Source: Octopus vulgaris
Taxonomy: Eukaryota
Direction of reading: 5' to 3'
NCBI GenBank assembly: GCA_951406725.2
Contig: CATOCA020000001.1
Span: 4,092,001-4,156,000 of the forward strand
Length of the DNA: 64,000 nucleotides
Under the pieces are notes generated by a model. That model had not been told where the DNA came from and ran no database searches. It worked only from the letters and a program-made list of their open reading frames with translations. This document shows, one piece after another, positions 46,026 through 59,011 of this stretch (position 1 is the stretch's first letter; each line of letters starts with the position of its first letter). The translations under genes were made by a program, and so were the position numbers.

Positions 46026-46202
46026 GGTGGTGGTAAAAATGCTTCTATTTTTTTTTCTCAAATTTGGGTCCTTAATGAGGTCCAATGGTGTGTTATTTTT
46101 GTTGTTTTTATGGTGAAAGTCCGCTCCCTGGCTGGCGAGATATCTCGCAACCACTATACCAGAGAGCCTTTCCTCCAATTTCAGGTTAAGGGCAGTGCAG
46201 CA
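46026..46202 (-). CDS. Last ankyrin exon (MIB-type), apparent +1 frameshift near its 3' end
   Basis: ...atttgtag|TGC to ACC|gtaagt. Encodes CCTALNLKLEERLSGIVVARYLASQGADFHHKNNKNNTPLDLIKDPNLRKK, resembling the terminal ankyrin repeat of Mind-bomb proteins. It is 177 nt, but 176 nt is needed to join the RING exon in frame. Confidence 0.85.
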
Positions 46203-46844
46203 CTACAAATGATGAAATATAAAATGATGACAATATTACACAAATATTAAAAACAAATGCCCCTAATTACACAAAAGTTCATCTAAATTTACTCATAGGT
46301 TGTTTATCCACTAATTAAAGCAATTACAAAGTATTGAGTTCCTACATAATCTTTAATTTAGTCCATTTCCCATTTTTATGTTTTTACTTTATTTTCAACA
46401 CTGAGACACCCTCTGAATATATTGTCATTACATTGAGCAGGACAAACCGTATTGATTAACATCAAGCTTATTGATAATTAATGAGTAAATATTTACTTGT
46501 CAATCACAAATATCACAATATATTCAATAGAAAAATCAAATATAGGAAGAACAAACCAACAAGAACCTATCTATATAATTGGCTTGATAAAGGCGACCAT
46601 GTGGCCATAAGAAAGAGTATTGTATATATAAATATAACACAACACGAGAAGAAAGAACATAAGTTATATCAGAAACAAAAACACACATTACATAACAAAG
46701 TCAATACCACACAGACATGACCAAACATATCAATAATGTTTCCATAATTAAGCAAGAAGCATCTTTGAATGATGACGGTAAAGTAAAGGAAGCAGGAATT
46801 AGTGTCAAGTCAGAAGAGTAATGGAGGAGTATTTTTAATCACGG

Positions 46845-46934
46845 ACAAGTGAATTTTGGAAGAGGCGACTTGCAAGTCTAGCAGAAAGATGGAAGAGCAT
46901 TGTAGAAAATGAAGGAGAATATGTTTTAGATTAA
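46845..46934 (+). mobile_element. Mariner transposase 3' remnant
   Basis: SEFWKRRLASLAERWKSIVENEGEYVLD* matches the mariner C-terminus F...GI..L..RW...V...G.Y. Confidence 0.6.
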
Positions 46935-47146
46935 CAGAAAAATATAAGGATTATAAAAAACTGCTTCATTTATGAGATGACAGCAAAAAGTCCAGAAGTA
47001 TTGAAGTCCATACTGTTGATGACATCAGATAGCCGAATACAGTAAACGGGCTTTAAACAGCATTTTACAAGATATATACTCGAACTCAAAATCATTACTT
47101 GTGTGTGTTTATCTGTGTGATTGTGTGTGTGTGCGTGTGTATGTGC

Positions 47147-47177
<31 letters not shown>

Positions 47178-47816
47178 CATGAGTGTGTGTGTGCCTAAGT
47201 ACAGAACTTAAATACTGGAAATCTCACTAAGGACCATGCTTTATTGCATTTATCCTCTAGTGTCTTAACATTGAACAATGTTATGACATGTCCACAAGAA
47301 GGCAGTGGATTCATGTCGTATATAAGAAGTAGGATAGAGAGCAGTTTCACTCAGAATTCTTCATAGAATGGACTGGATGTATTTACCATGGCACCAGCAT
47401 TATAAAGCTCAGACATCTCTTCTATCTTGCATCATTGTTAATTGAGAATAATATCTCCTCTATTAAATAGGCCACTTCTCCGTCACATTGTGATGGCTGT
47501 GTTTATATGGCCAACAACCGAGATGGGTCACCTCTCGACCGTGGTGAGACGACATCTTTGAGAGTGAAAGGAGATGGAATATTGTTTGTTACATAATATC
47601 ACTCGGGTCATAAGGGGAGCCTGGATTACGGAATGGTAGTGGAGGATGGGGTTGATAGGGGAGAATTGATACAAGACAAGCTAAGCTTGGCTGTCTGTCT
47701 GTCTCTCTCTCACACTCACAGAAAGACTCACAAATGCACAAAATCACACAGACACACACAGACGCACACACACAGACACACACACATGTATATACACAAA
47801 CAATTTTAAAACTTAC

Positions 47817-48026
47817 TTCGTTTAGTAAATCCAGTGGTGCATCCTCGGAATCAAACACATTTCTATTCACGGCCAGGTGCAAACAGCTGTTACCTTCACC
47901 ATCAACAGCATTTATGTCTGCACCCAGGGCTATTAACAGGTGTGTCATTCCGAGGTGACTCTGGGAAACGGCTTCAAGCAATGGTGTCCTTTCCTTTTTA
48001 TTCTTAATATCCAACTGAAGTGAACC
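47817..48026 (-). CDS. Ankyrin-repeat exon
   Basis: ...ttccacaaag|GGT to GAA|gtaagt. 210 nt, phase 0-0; an in-frame alternative acceptor would start at 48014. Encodes GSLQLDIKNKKERTPLLEAVSQSHLGMTHLLIALGADINAVDGEGNSCLHLAVNRNVFDSEDAPLDLLNE. Confidence 0.9.
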
Positions 48027-49294
48027 CTTTGTGGAAGTAAAAATAGAAAATGAAAATTTACATGAAAATCAGGATGGATATCAATGTGTCATTATTGTCT
48101 TCTACTGTATACTTGATCAAACTGATCATGTACATTTGATGTTTGTCCGTAAAATCAACCTTCGTAAGATCCTCTAGATGTTGCTATGAGAATGTGTTCT
48201 AGACAGGATAAAGATGTCCTAAATAGATTGTTTCAGCTTAATCTACCTGTATTCCTAACTATAGTAAGTTTTAGGGGAGCTGAACACGAGTGAACACATG
48301 ATTAAAAGATCAAGACTAGTAAAGAAGAATTGAAATTTCTAAAGTATACTTTTGATGTTGCTATAATTAATAAGAGGTTCATAAAACTGTTGAGGTGGTT
48401 AAAACGTGGTGGTGGTGGTGGTGGTAGACGTAGGTAAAGACTCCCTCTGGAAATTAATGCGCTTGCACACACACATACACAGAGACACACTCAAATATAA
48501 ATATATATATATATATAGAGAGAGAGAGGGAGAGAGAGAGAGAGAGGGAGAGAGAGAGAGAGAGGGAGAGAGAGAGAGAGAGAGATTTATATACATTACT
48601 GTTGGATATATAAATATAAATGTTGAATGAGGAATATGTAAAATGAAGTTCCCGAGAAACTTTATTCATCACAACGATTGGTTTGACCCATGTTGCATCG
48701 ATTCCTTGCGGGTGGGAGAGTTCTCGGTGTCGCTTGGTATGTTGTTGTTGTCAGTAGTTTCTTGGATTATAGCATTATAGCCAACAACCTCCTGGCAACA
48801 ACATGTCAAGCGAAACCGAGAATATTTAGTGAGGTTTCTTCTGTAAAACAAGACACCAGATGAGATGCATCTGCACCGGAGGATGCAATACATCCAATTG
48901 TACAGTATCCAACCCACAAGTGTCCGATGCAAAATGGGTCAATACTCCATTTCCCAATCCCCCATTTGTAATAAAACTCAAAAAACCGTGAAATTCCTGA
49001 GGTAGACTAAGTGGCAATTATATCACAACGTGTGTGCGTGCAGACATACATACATACATACATACATACATACATACATACATACATACATACATACATA
49101 CATACATACATACATACATAGAGAAACTGTGCATAGTTTAGCTGTGCAGCGGATGTTGACATAAAGTGAAAAATAAAGTATCTTGAAATAAACTGAATAA
49201 TGACATATCTATGTATATATATATGTTTTGATTGTAGAAAAGATAAATCCGGAGAAGAAGCACACTCTAAGATGCAGAGCAGTGTATATTTTAA

Positions 49295-49805
49295 AACTGG
49301 GGAAGGCCGGTTTCCGGGATTACCCTTGGTTTCCGGTCCAAAAAGGATTTAGCTTCATGGCGTATCATTAGACCCCAAAACCTGTTGGCCTAAGACCTCT
49401 TCCAAATATGGAGGTTGGAAAAGCCCTTCACCTCATACGCCTAATCACGTCCAATAGCTTTTCCAGCTGCATACGGGTGTATAGTTCGTTGGATGACGTG
49501 GGGATGTTATTGCTGGAGTATCCGAGGTCAAATTCTTTCATATTTATGGGAGACCCGTGGTTTCAGTGAATATGTAGAAACGCTTCAATGGTGAGCTATT
49601 TAACAGAAACCACATGGTCACTGGGATAATCTCTTGCTAGGGAGCTGAAAAGGATCGTTTGCAGAAAAATTAAATCCCTGGCTTTTTCCCTTCCATATTT
49701 TGAAGAGGTCTTAGGCCAACAGGTTTTGGGGTCTTACGATACGGTACAAAGCTAAACCCTTTATGAATGGGAAACCCAGGGTAATCCCATAAACCACCCC
49801 AATTT
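49295..49805. mobile_element. MITE with ~130 bp TIRs, flanked by TTAA
   Basis: agaccccaaaacctgttggcctaagacctcttc (~49370) is the reverse complement of gaagaggtcttaggccaacaggttttggggtct (~49702). The ends read ttaa|aactgggg ... ccccaattt|ttaa. Confidence 0.7.
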
Positions 49806-50512
49806 TTAATAAACATATATATGTATATGTATATATATATAAGTGTATATGCATGTATGTATATTTACTGCTTCCTTTTTGATATCTTACTAAATCTCCT
49901 TCTCTCTTCCATAAAAAACTGTTTTGTAAATTATTGTCTTCCATACATTAATATTTTGAAAATAAAATTCTGTTCTTGTATATGTATATTGCATTGAAGA
50001 ATGGATATAAACATGATATTCTATGAACTGAGGTGCTTGTCATTTATACCTGTTTTACTTTGTAAATTGTACGATGGCACTGTATGATTTATAACCTATA
50101 CACTAATGCAGACATGTAAAAGAATTTATCAGACAGATAGATAGATATATACATACATACTTACGTAAGAAATAGATAGACACACATCCATATATGGTTG
50201 TAGTGAAAGGAGCTTTTTTCCCAACCATACACGGTTCTACGTTGAATCACTCTGCATGGAAACTCAGGCAAGTATATTCTACTCTTGCCTTGGGCTGAAC
50301 AAAATCTATGTGTGTGCCTATGTATGTGTCTATGTGTGTGCCTATGTATGTGTGCATGGTGTGTGTGTGTGTGTGTGTGCGTGTGTGTGTAGTGGTTCAG
50401 CAAAGAGGCTGAGAGGATAAGTGATATGCTTAAAATAAAAAAAAGTACTGGGATCGATGTATTTGGCTAAAAATTCGATGATGCCCCAGCATGGCCGCAG
50501 GCAAATGTCTAA

Positions 50513-50565
<53 letters not shown>

Positions 50566-50837
50566 GATATCTGTTATATTTTGGTTCATCTCATAATGAC
50601 CTTGTTTCATTTGACCATTAAAGATATTATTATCAGTGGTGGTGGTCAGTTGGACTGTCCACACCGCTAATATCAACATCAACATGATCAATATACAATT
50701 CCTCCACAAACACAAGGCTTTTGTAGTACATGTGATTAAATCTATCTCCATTATTTCACTGGTACATTGGTAATATTTATATTATACATATCAATATAAT
50801 ACTGGAGAGTGTATATAATATGTATTTATTAACTAAC

Positions 50838-50874
50838 CTGGATCAGCATCTTTGACACTATATTATATCTTTGC
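50838..50874 (-). CDS. 37-nt ankyrin exon of the same gene
   Basis: ...ccattactttcag|G CAA AGA TAT...ATC CAG|gttagt. Phase 2 to 0 matches both neighbours. Encodes (G)QRYNIVSKMLIQ, completing the ankyrin repeat. Confidence 0.8.
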
Positions 50875-51847
50875 CTGAAAGTAATGGATAAGGAAAGAAA
50901 AACATGAAAAAAACAAACATCACACAGCTTGAGATAATAGTTATTAGGTCATTAAAGAAAACAAATGTAATTAGATCACAATAACTTAATTACAGCAATT
51001 ATTACACACATACTCACACACACATATATTTATTCAATACACACTCTACACAGTAGAACAATGATATATACACACCTGAGTAAACCCAGAAATGTAAAGA
51101 CAGGAAAAATACTGCTAAGAATTCTGTCAGCTTATATAAACATGAAATTTAGGAAGGAAAGAAGGGCTACAGGTAATCATATGAACCCCAGTACATGACT
51201 GGTATTGTATTTTATCAACCTTGCAAAGATGGAAGGAGAGGTTGACCGTGGCAGGATTTGAACTCTGAACGTAAAGAGTCGTAAATAAAATAACACAATT
51301 TATTTTCTCAAAAAGTAATTAGAAACAAGAACAAGAGAAAAGAAGGAAGACAGTTTATTAAAGGAACCCCTGGGTATTACTGGTACAGATAATATTGACC
51401 CCAGAGTGATAGTAAATATTCTGGTAGGATTTGAACATGGAACATAAAAGAGACAAATGTAATTACTGTAAGGGGATGATTCTGTATTTAGCCCAGGGTC
51501 GGAGTAAATAGGGAAACTACAAAGGAGAGAGAGTGAGGAAGAAAGAGAGAGAGAGAGAGAGAGAGAGAAAATAGTTCTAGATGGGATGAAAGGAAGAAGA
51601 GAGAGGATTTGAACCTGTGACGTTGAGGAAATGGAGAACGAAATGAAGTAAAGTGTCCAGTCAGGCAACAACAATAACAATTATGTTGATGATTAATTAA
51701 TAAAGTAGATTACAGTGCGAAAGAGAGAAGAAAGACAATGACCCCATGGTGGGATTATGACATGAATGACTGAATGAAAAATAAACAAACATTATTGAAA
51801 ACATAAAAGAAACAGATTTGGATATTCCAGATCCAATGGGGACTTAC

Positions 51848-52002
51848 CCCCGAACTGCCTCATGCATTGGTGTGTCTCCATCGTTGTCAACCACATTGGC
51901 ATCGATGCCATTGTGACCCAACAACAGCTCGACAGTGTGCAAGGATCTCCGTGAACAGGCCACGTGCAGCGGTGTTTGACCACGTCCATCTCGAGGATTA
52001 AC
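51848..52002 (-). CDS. Ankyrin-repeat exon of MIB2-like ANK-RING-Death gene (most 5' exon found in window)
   Basis: Minus strand reads polypyrimidine ...tctttatcag|GTT to GG|gtaagt. 155 nt, phase 0 to 2. Translates VNPRDGRGQTPLHVACSRRSLHTVELLLGHNGIDANVVDNDGDTPMHEAVR(G), with two ankyrin TPLH-type motifs. Confidence 0.9.
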
Positions 52003-52614
52003 CTGATAAAGAAAAGAATAAAAACATTAAAAAATGGTGTCTGAAAGGGGAGTCGGGTGGTGAAGAATTAAAAGAAAAACTCACAGAAAAAGAGAAGAGA
52101 AGGAATGAAATTAATTAAACAGGTGGAATGATTGGGGTGGGGAGTAGTTAATGGAGATTTCTATTGTATATACACACACGCGTATACACACATACATATG
52201 TACATATAAATATATTTATACACACACACACAAACACACGCATATAGGATGTATAACTCAATAAATAAACACATAGAGCAGCAAAATGTGTGTGTGTATA
52301 TATGTGTGTGTTCGCGCGTGTGTGTGTTCGCGTGTGTGTGTGTTCATAATTACATTTATTCTTTTATTCTTTCATTTGTTTCAGTCATGTGACTGTGGCC
52401 ATGCTGGAGCACTGCCGTTAGTCGAGCAAATCGACCCCAATAAGCCTTGTACTTATTTTATTAGTTTCTTTTGCAGAAACGCTAGTTTACGGGAACGTAA
52501 ACATCGGTTGTCAAGCGATGTTGGGGGACAAACACAGAAACACAAACACACGTATGTACACAAAGACACACATAACACACACACACATATGTAGATATAT
52601 ATATATAATGCAAG

Positions 52615-52649
<35 letters not shown>

Positions 52650-53539
52650 CGTTTTTGTAATTTATGCACATCCACAAATTAACACGCATATCGCTCAAAT
52701 TTTAGGAGGACACATAGTAATATGTGTAAAAGAACTTCCTCTAAACGAATATGACCAAAAAAACGTGCTCTCGCAAAAGGGGTTGGGAGGAGAGGCCTAT
52801 GGCCTTTTCTTTGATAATATCTTTCTTGCTTATTTAAATTCAGTTCAATGCAGTCTTGCCTTGAACCAAACCTTTCTCTTTGTGTGTGTGTGTTCTTGTT
52901 TTACACCTATTACACTATTTTTTTGTTTTTGTGCCCGGGTCAGACACGTAACATTCACGATGTGAATTTTCCGAGGCCTCTCCCCCACCCCCTTTCGCGA
53001 GCGCGCATTTTTTGGGGTCATATTCGTTTAGAGGAATTTGTTTTACACCTATTACACAATTTTTTTGTTTGTTTTATGACCGGGTCAAACACTTTAGTTT
53101 GACCAGGAGAGGTATGACTTTCACATCTCTGCGGGAGAAGGTAGGCTTCTCTCTTCCTGTTACAAAACTTACTTCCGGGAGCCAAATTTGCTTCAATTGA
53201 TGGTATTACTCGGGTAGGTGGTGGTGGTGGGACAGTGGCAGTGGCAAGGCGTGCAGAAACATGTATACAATAGGTGTATGTACGTATATGTTTGTGTGTG
53301 TGTGTGTTTTGCCCATATATATAAACTTATTTGTGATCTGAACATAACCGCTTTTCACACAGAGGATCAGGAGCCATTTTGGGCTTTCTATTTTCCATGC
53401 TGGAAGGGTTCTCAATCCATGGGCAAAATGGGGTTACATAAAATAAAACAATCGATGAGTGTAAAAAATCGAGAAACCGATTTCTTATGGAACCATGTGG
53501 TTTGTAAGCAAGCTACTAACCACACAGCCACTCCTGAGC

Positions 53540-53574
<35 letters not shown>

Positions 53575-53774
53575 TGTGGTTGTATGTTCCTCATGAAGCT
53601 TTTTAAAATAGATATTTCTTAGTGAAATTTTCAGAAAATCCATCCCTTTCAATGTCTTAATCAACAATTATGTCTGGAGTTGGGATTGGTTTGAAACACA
53701 TGAAATGATTTTATTTTCTCAACATAATCGGAAACACCAGAAAGTTATGGGGGAAAAATAAGGGGGCTCAGGAA

Positions 53775-53854
<80 letters not shown>

Positions 53855-53899
53855 ATATATATACTCATGTATATATATATATCTATATACATATATATA

Positions 53900-54359
53900 T
53901 ATATTAATTATAATAAAGGGTTAATTGCAACAAATTGCTCAAAACCACATACCGAAAATATTAGGAATAGCAGCCAAATAGATCACTATTTCTCCTACTA
54001 AAAAAAGTTTCCACAAACAAACAGAATTTGTAACCCGTATATGGTAAAGAGAAAGAAAACAACGAAATCCCAGCCTATTGGATTAATTATAGACGAATCG
54101 TTTCTGGATTAGAACCGAAAGTTCAAGGAAATGAACTTTCGGTTTTAAATCAGAAACGATTCGTCTATAATTAATCCAATAGGCTGGGATTTCGTTGTTT
54201 TCTTTCTCTTTACCATATACGGGTTACAAATTCTGTTTGTTTGTGGAGACTTTTTTTTTAGTAGGAGAAATAGTGATCTATTTGGCTGCTATTCCTAATA
54301 TTTTCGGTATGTGGTTTTGAGCAATTTGTTGCAATTAACCCTTTATTATAATTAATATA
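53900..54359. repeat. Near-perfect palindrome, ~226 bp arms and 6 nt loop
   Basis: Centre gaaagttca-aggaaa-tgaactttc (loop 54126-54131). The arms are complementary with about five differences. Confidence 0.95.
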
Positions 54360-54449
54360 ATTCTCACCAAATATGGTCTTTTCCGTACCGAAAAATCTAC
54401 TAGGTGAAATTTATCAATTTTATTAAATTAATTATATTTCACCCTTTTT

Positions 54450-54592
<143 letters not shown>

Positions 54593-54844
54593 GTATATAT
54601 ATACTTATTTATATGTGTATATACATATGTATATATATATATCTTTTATATCTTATAGGCATATATACAGTGTACATACGGTATATATACGATTATATAT
54701 ACATACCTATATAAGTGTGCCTCGAAGGTCGGGAGAGGAGTTGAGTAAAAATTCGCAAGAGTAGATTTTATTTCCTCGTAATTTACCGAAAGACGGATAA
54801 ATTGTTAGGAAAATTTAGAGAAAATCCTTTCGGGGAATTAACAT

Positions 54845-54886
<42 letters not shown>

Positions 54887-54944
54887 CACGTTTTCTCTAT
54901 CTTGGTAGTCATGGTGCAATACTAATAAATGACCACTTAAAAAG

Positions 54945-55230
54945 ATATATCAATTTATTTGAAAGCTAGCAAAAGCAAAATGCTGTAATTAAAATGTTGG
55001 TAGAGGAGGAGTGTGAGAAAATGAATACAGAATGAAAGGAAGAAGATTAATTTAAGCCACAGCACAGGAAGTTATGAAATGACAGCCATGGAAACAGCTT
55101 TATGGTGGTGACATCGAGCGGATAAATGGGTGCGTAGCAATGGGATTTGGGAAATAATCCCAGGCACTCATTTGTAACTTTCATGGGTTGTTAAGGAAAG
55201 TATGAACCCACTCTCATATAAGTATGTACG
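54945..55230. repeat. Dispersed duplicate block, copy 1 (copy 2 at 62255-62540)
   Basis: About 6 substitutions in 286 bp between copies 7310 bp apart. Confidence 0.9.
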
Positions 55231-55336
55231 GGTGCATGTGTAGTCATGTATGTACATATATATATACGTATATATGTATATACATACATACTTATATATA
55301 TATATTTATGTATATATGTATATATATATATATACG

Positions 55337-55378
<42 letters not shown>

Positions 55379-55379
55379 C

Positions 55380-55431
<52 letters not shown>

Positions 55432-56597
55432 GTATATATATATATATATATATATATACATGCAAATATGTGAGCATAGAGCTGTGTATGTATATGTATG
55501 TTAGTGTGTATATTCACTTATGTTTATATATATGTATATATATGTGTGTATTTATGCATGTGAGTACGCGTGTGTGTGTGTGTGTGTGTGTGTGTACTGA
55601 AAATAGGAATAGACTTGAATATATTATCAAGTCTCTTCATGTATAAATATAACATTTTTCTTTAATTGCGTTAGTTATCGGACTGCGGCCAGACTGGGGC
55701 AGCTCCTTGAAGTTTTCAGTGGAACAACTCGATGTAACTACTTGCTAATTCTATTCCTTATCCCCATCGGTTCTGTTTTTACTGAACATCTCAGTATAGG
55801 GACGTAACCAGAACCATACCGATGGTCAAGCGGTGGTCGTCGAAATCCCATCCCCCGGGGCACAAACACACACATACATACATCAGGCTACTTTCAGTTG
55901 CTGTCAATCGAATTCTCGCATAATCCATTAGCTCCGATTCGGAGTAGACTGAACTTGGACTCAGGTGGTTACAAATACCAGACCCTTCCACTTGACTGCT
56001 GTGGTGCCACTCTTGGCTGTCACCATTCTTAAGGGAGTAGAACTGTTTGTGGGACCGTTTCCTCAGCTTATCCTTCCTAGGGCAACATATTATAACAAGA
56101 ACACTGCATCAGTGTTGAAGATTCGCCTCTTTTCACCCATGGCTTTGTTCGATTGTTCACGCAATCCTGTTTCCATTCGGACTATGTACAGCTTGGGACA
56201 AAAGTCTGATATTCTGAGGAAATATGTGTATTTGCATACATACATACATACATACATACATACATACATACATACATACATACATACATACATACATACA
56301 TACACACATACATATGTATATATATATATATATATATAAATTAAATTAGAGATAAAACCACTATTAGGCAAATAAAACAGTGAAAAGCATAAACCAAAAT
56401 ATAAAAATAGATATAATTAATATAATATACAAAATATATAAAATATAAAATTTAAAATTTAAATTATTTAGATTTAAATTTTTTAAATTTATATTTATAA
56501 ATTTTAAAATATATTTTTATAAATTTTTAATATATATATATATATATATATTAATCCTAAATCTAATTTTTACCTGTAAGTTGGATTTACTCCCTAG

Positions 56598-56650
<53 letters not shown>

Positions 56651-56929
56651 GAAGGTGGAAATAGCACAGAATTTGTTCAAAGACATTTCAATTTCAGAGG
56701 GGATTTAATAAAAGATTATATAAATAAAATATTTATATTACCGGTTTCGATGTATTTCATCTTATCAAATTATCAGGAGACGTTTTAAGTAAAAACTGTC
56801 TACCTTCTGTCTGGAAGTCAGGAACATATATATAAGTGTGTTAGGGAATATAATTCCAAACTTACTGGGAAAAATTCAATTTAGGAATTCTAAATCAAAT
56901 TTCAAAATATATAATAAATATATATATAT

Positions 56930-58700
56930 TGGAACACAGACAAGTGAACGAACCAGTGGACTTCTTTGCCGCCTCCCCTATGACCAGTGAGGCGGTTACA
57001 ATAGAATGTATTGATATTAGCGAATAAGATGTCCTACTAGCCATAGATGAAGTGGACACAAACTCAGCTGCTGGTCCAGACGGTTTCCCAGCCATCCTCC
57101 TCAAAGCGTGTAAGCATGCCCTGGCAAAACCCCTCAAGATTCTCTTCCAGAGCATTCTTGCGAATGACAAACTGCCAAGAAAACCTGAAGGAGGGAATAA
57201 TATGCCTAATACATAAAGGGGGAAGTAGAGCAGATGCCAAAAACTATAGGCCTGTCTCTCTAACTTCACACATCAGCAAAGTCATGGAACGGATAGTCAG
57301 AAAGAAACTAGTCGCATTCCTTGAGGAAAATAACTTGCTGAGTGATACCCAGCATGGTTTTCGACCAGGTAGGAGCTGCCTGACCCAGCTCTTACAACAT
57401 TATGACTGGGTGTTGAGGCAGTTACTCAACAAATCAAATGTGGACGTAATCTACCTTGATTTTGCAAAAGCTTTTGACAAGGTGGATAATGGTATGATAT
57501 GCCACAAACTGCGTGACCTCGGCATATCTGGAAAACTTGGAGTGTGGTTGCATGACTTCCTGAAAGATAGGAGCAAGGCAGTAGTGGTTAATGGAGCCAC
57601 CTCTATGAACACACAAATAGTGAGCGGTGTTCCACAGGGCACTGTCTTGGGACCACTGCTTTTTATAGTGGCCCTCTCAGATAAGCCCTCAAATGCCTGG
57701 ATAGCCACTCTGGCCAGCTATGCAGACGATACGAAAGTCTCGCAGAAAATACAGATCCCCAGCGATGTAGCACACCTGCAGCAGGAGTTGGAGTCAATCT
57801 ACAGATGGGCTGAGGATAATAATATGCAGTTTAATGCTGAAAAATTCCAGGCCCTGCGCTACCAACACCCAAAACTCAATATTAAACTTACAGGATACAC
57901 CGGTCCACAGGGAATTTCAATCCCAGAGCCTAAGTCTGTGACGGACCTGGGTATCGACATGAGTGATGATACCTCTTTCCAAGTGCACATTACCAGGATG
58001 GCGACAAAGTGCAGACGACTGGCTGGGTGGATCCTAAGAACATTCAGAACCAGAAATAAGGAAACCATGATGGTCCTCTGGTGGACATCGTCCTCAGTCG
58101 CCTGGATTTCTGCTCACAGCTATGGTCACCCACCAGTGTAAAATTAACAGCGGACCTTGAAGCAATCCAGAGAAGATTCACAAAGAAGATCGTCTCTTTG
58201 CAACAGCTCAGCTACTGGGAAAGGTTGATACAGCTAAGACTCTACTCACTGGAGAGAAGACGGGAGAGGTATGCAGTAATATATGTCTGGAAGATCCTGG
58301 AAGGAATTGTGCCAAATTTTGGCATTGTAAGCTACACCAATGCTAGAACGGGACGACACTGATAGTGCCAAAGATCCCAGCAATGCCATCATGCTTCACG
58401 ACCAGGTTCTGCAACAGCCTGGATTTCAAGGGCCCACAGCTTTTTAATATTCTCCCAAAGAGTCTGAGGAACTTGCACAAAGTAGATGTAGCGGTTTTTA
58501 AATCAAAGCTGGACATCTTCCTGTCGAGAGTCCCAGATGAACCTACCTCACGGCAAGAGGTGCAAATGAGAGTAGCTATATCAAACTCCATTCTTCACCA
58601 AGTGCCACATATTAGACGAGGTTCGTCGTAATAATAGTGTAGCACAAAACGGCGGTGCATCAGCATGGCCGCAGCTCTGAGCTGAAACTAGAAAAAAAAA
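56930..58700 (+). mobile_element. 5'-truncated CR1/L2-group LINE (reverse transcriptase)
   Basis: SAAGPDG, NYRPVSLTS, QHGFRPGRSCLTQL, YLDFAKAFDKV, SGVPQGTVLGPLLF, YADDTK and LSYWERL..L.LYSLERRRER are present. Several frameshifts; inserted in a (TA)n tract. Confidence 0.95.
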
Positions 58701-58830
58701 TATATATATATATTATTTAAAGAAAAACCTTTATTAAGCAAATTCAATAGTGAAAGACGTTATTCACCTCATCAAAAAAAAAAATTAATTTTGATGATGT
58801 AGTTTATAAATGTGTAGTGACTTTGATATA

Positions 58831-59011
58831 TAATAATAGAAACGGTTACAATTTAAATGCGTTTTACATAGGGTCGACTTCTAATAATAGAAACGGTTAC
58901 AATTTAAATGCGTTTTACATAGGGTCGACTTCTAATAATAGAAACGGTTACAATTTAAATGCGTTTTACATAGGGTCGACTTCTAATAATAGAAACGGTT
59001 ACAATTTAAAT
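58831..59011. repeat. Perfect 51-bp tandem repeat, 3.5 copies
   Basis: Unit taataatagaaacggttacaatttaaatgcgttttacatagggtcgacttc at 58831, 58882, 58933 and (partial) 58984. Confidence 0.95.

Noticed and set aside
51792-51989. ORF-track protein MDVVKHRCTW...
   Set aside because: Wrong frame; the ankyrin-coding frame of exon 51848-52002 explains the sequence.
55940-56213. Possible additional upstream exon of the ankyrin gene after a ttcctcag acceptor
   Set aside because: No ankyrin or MIB motif in any frame, and stops are present. More likely a decayed retroelement fragment.
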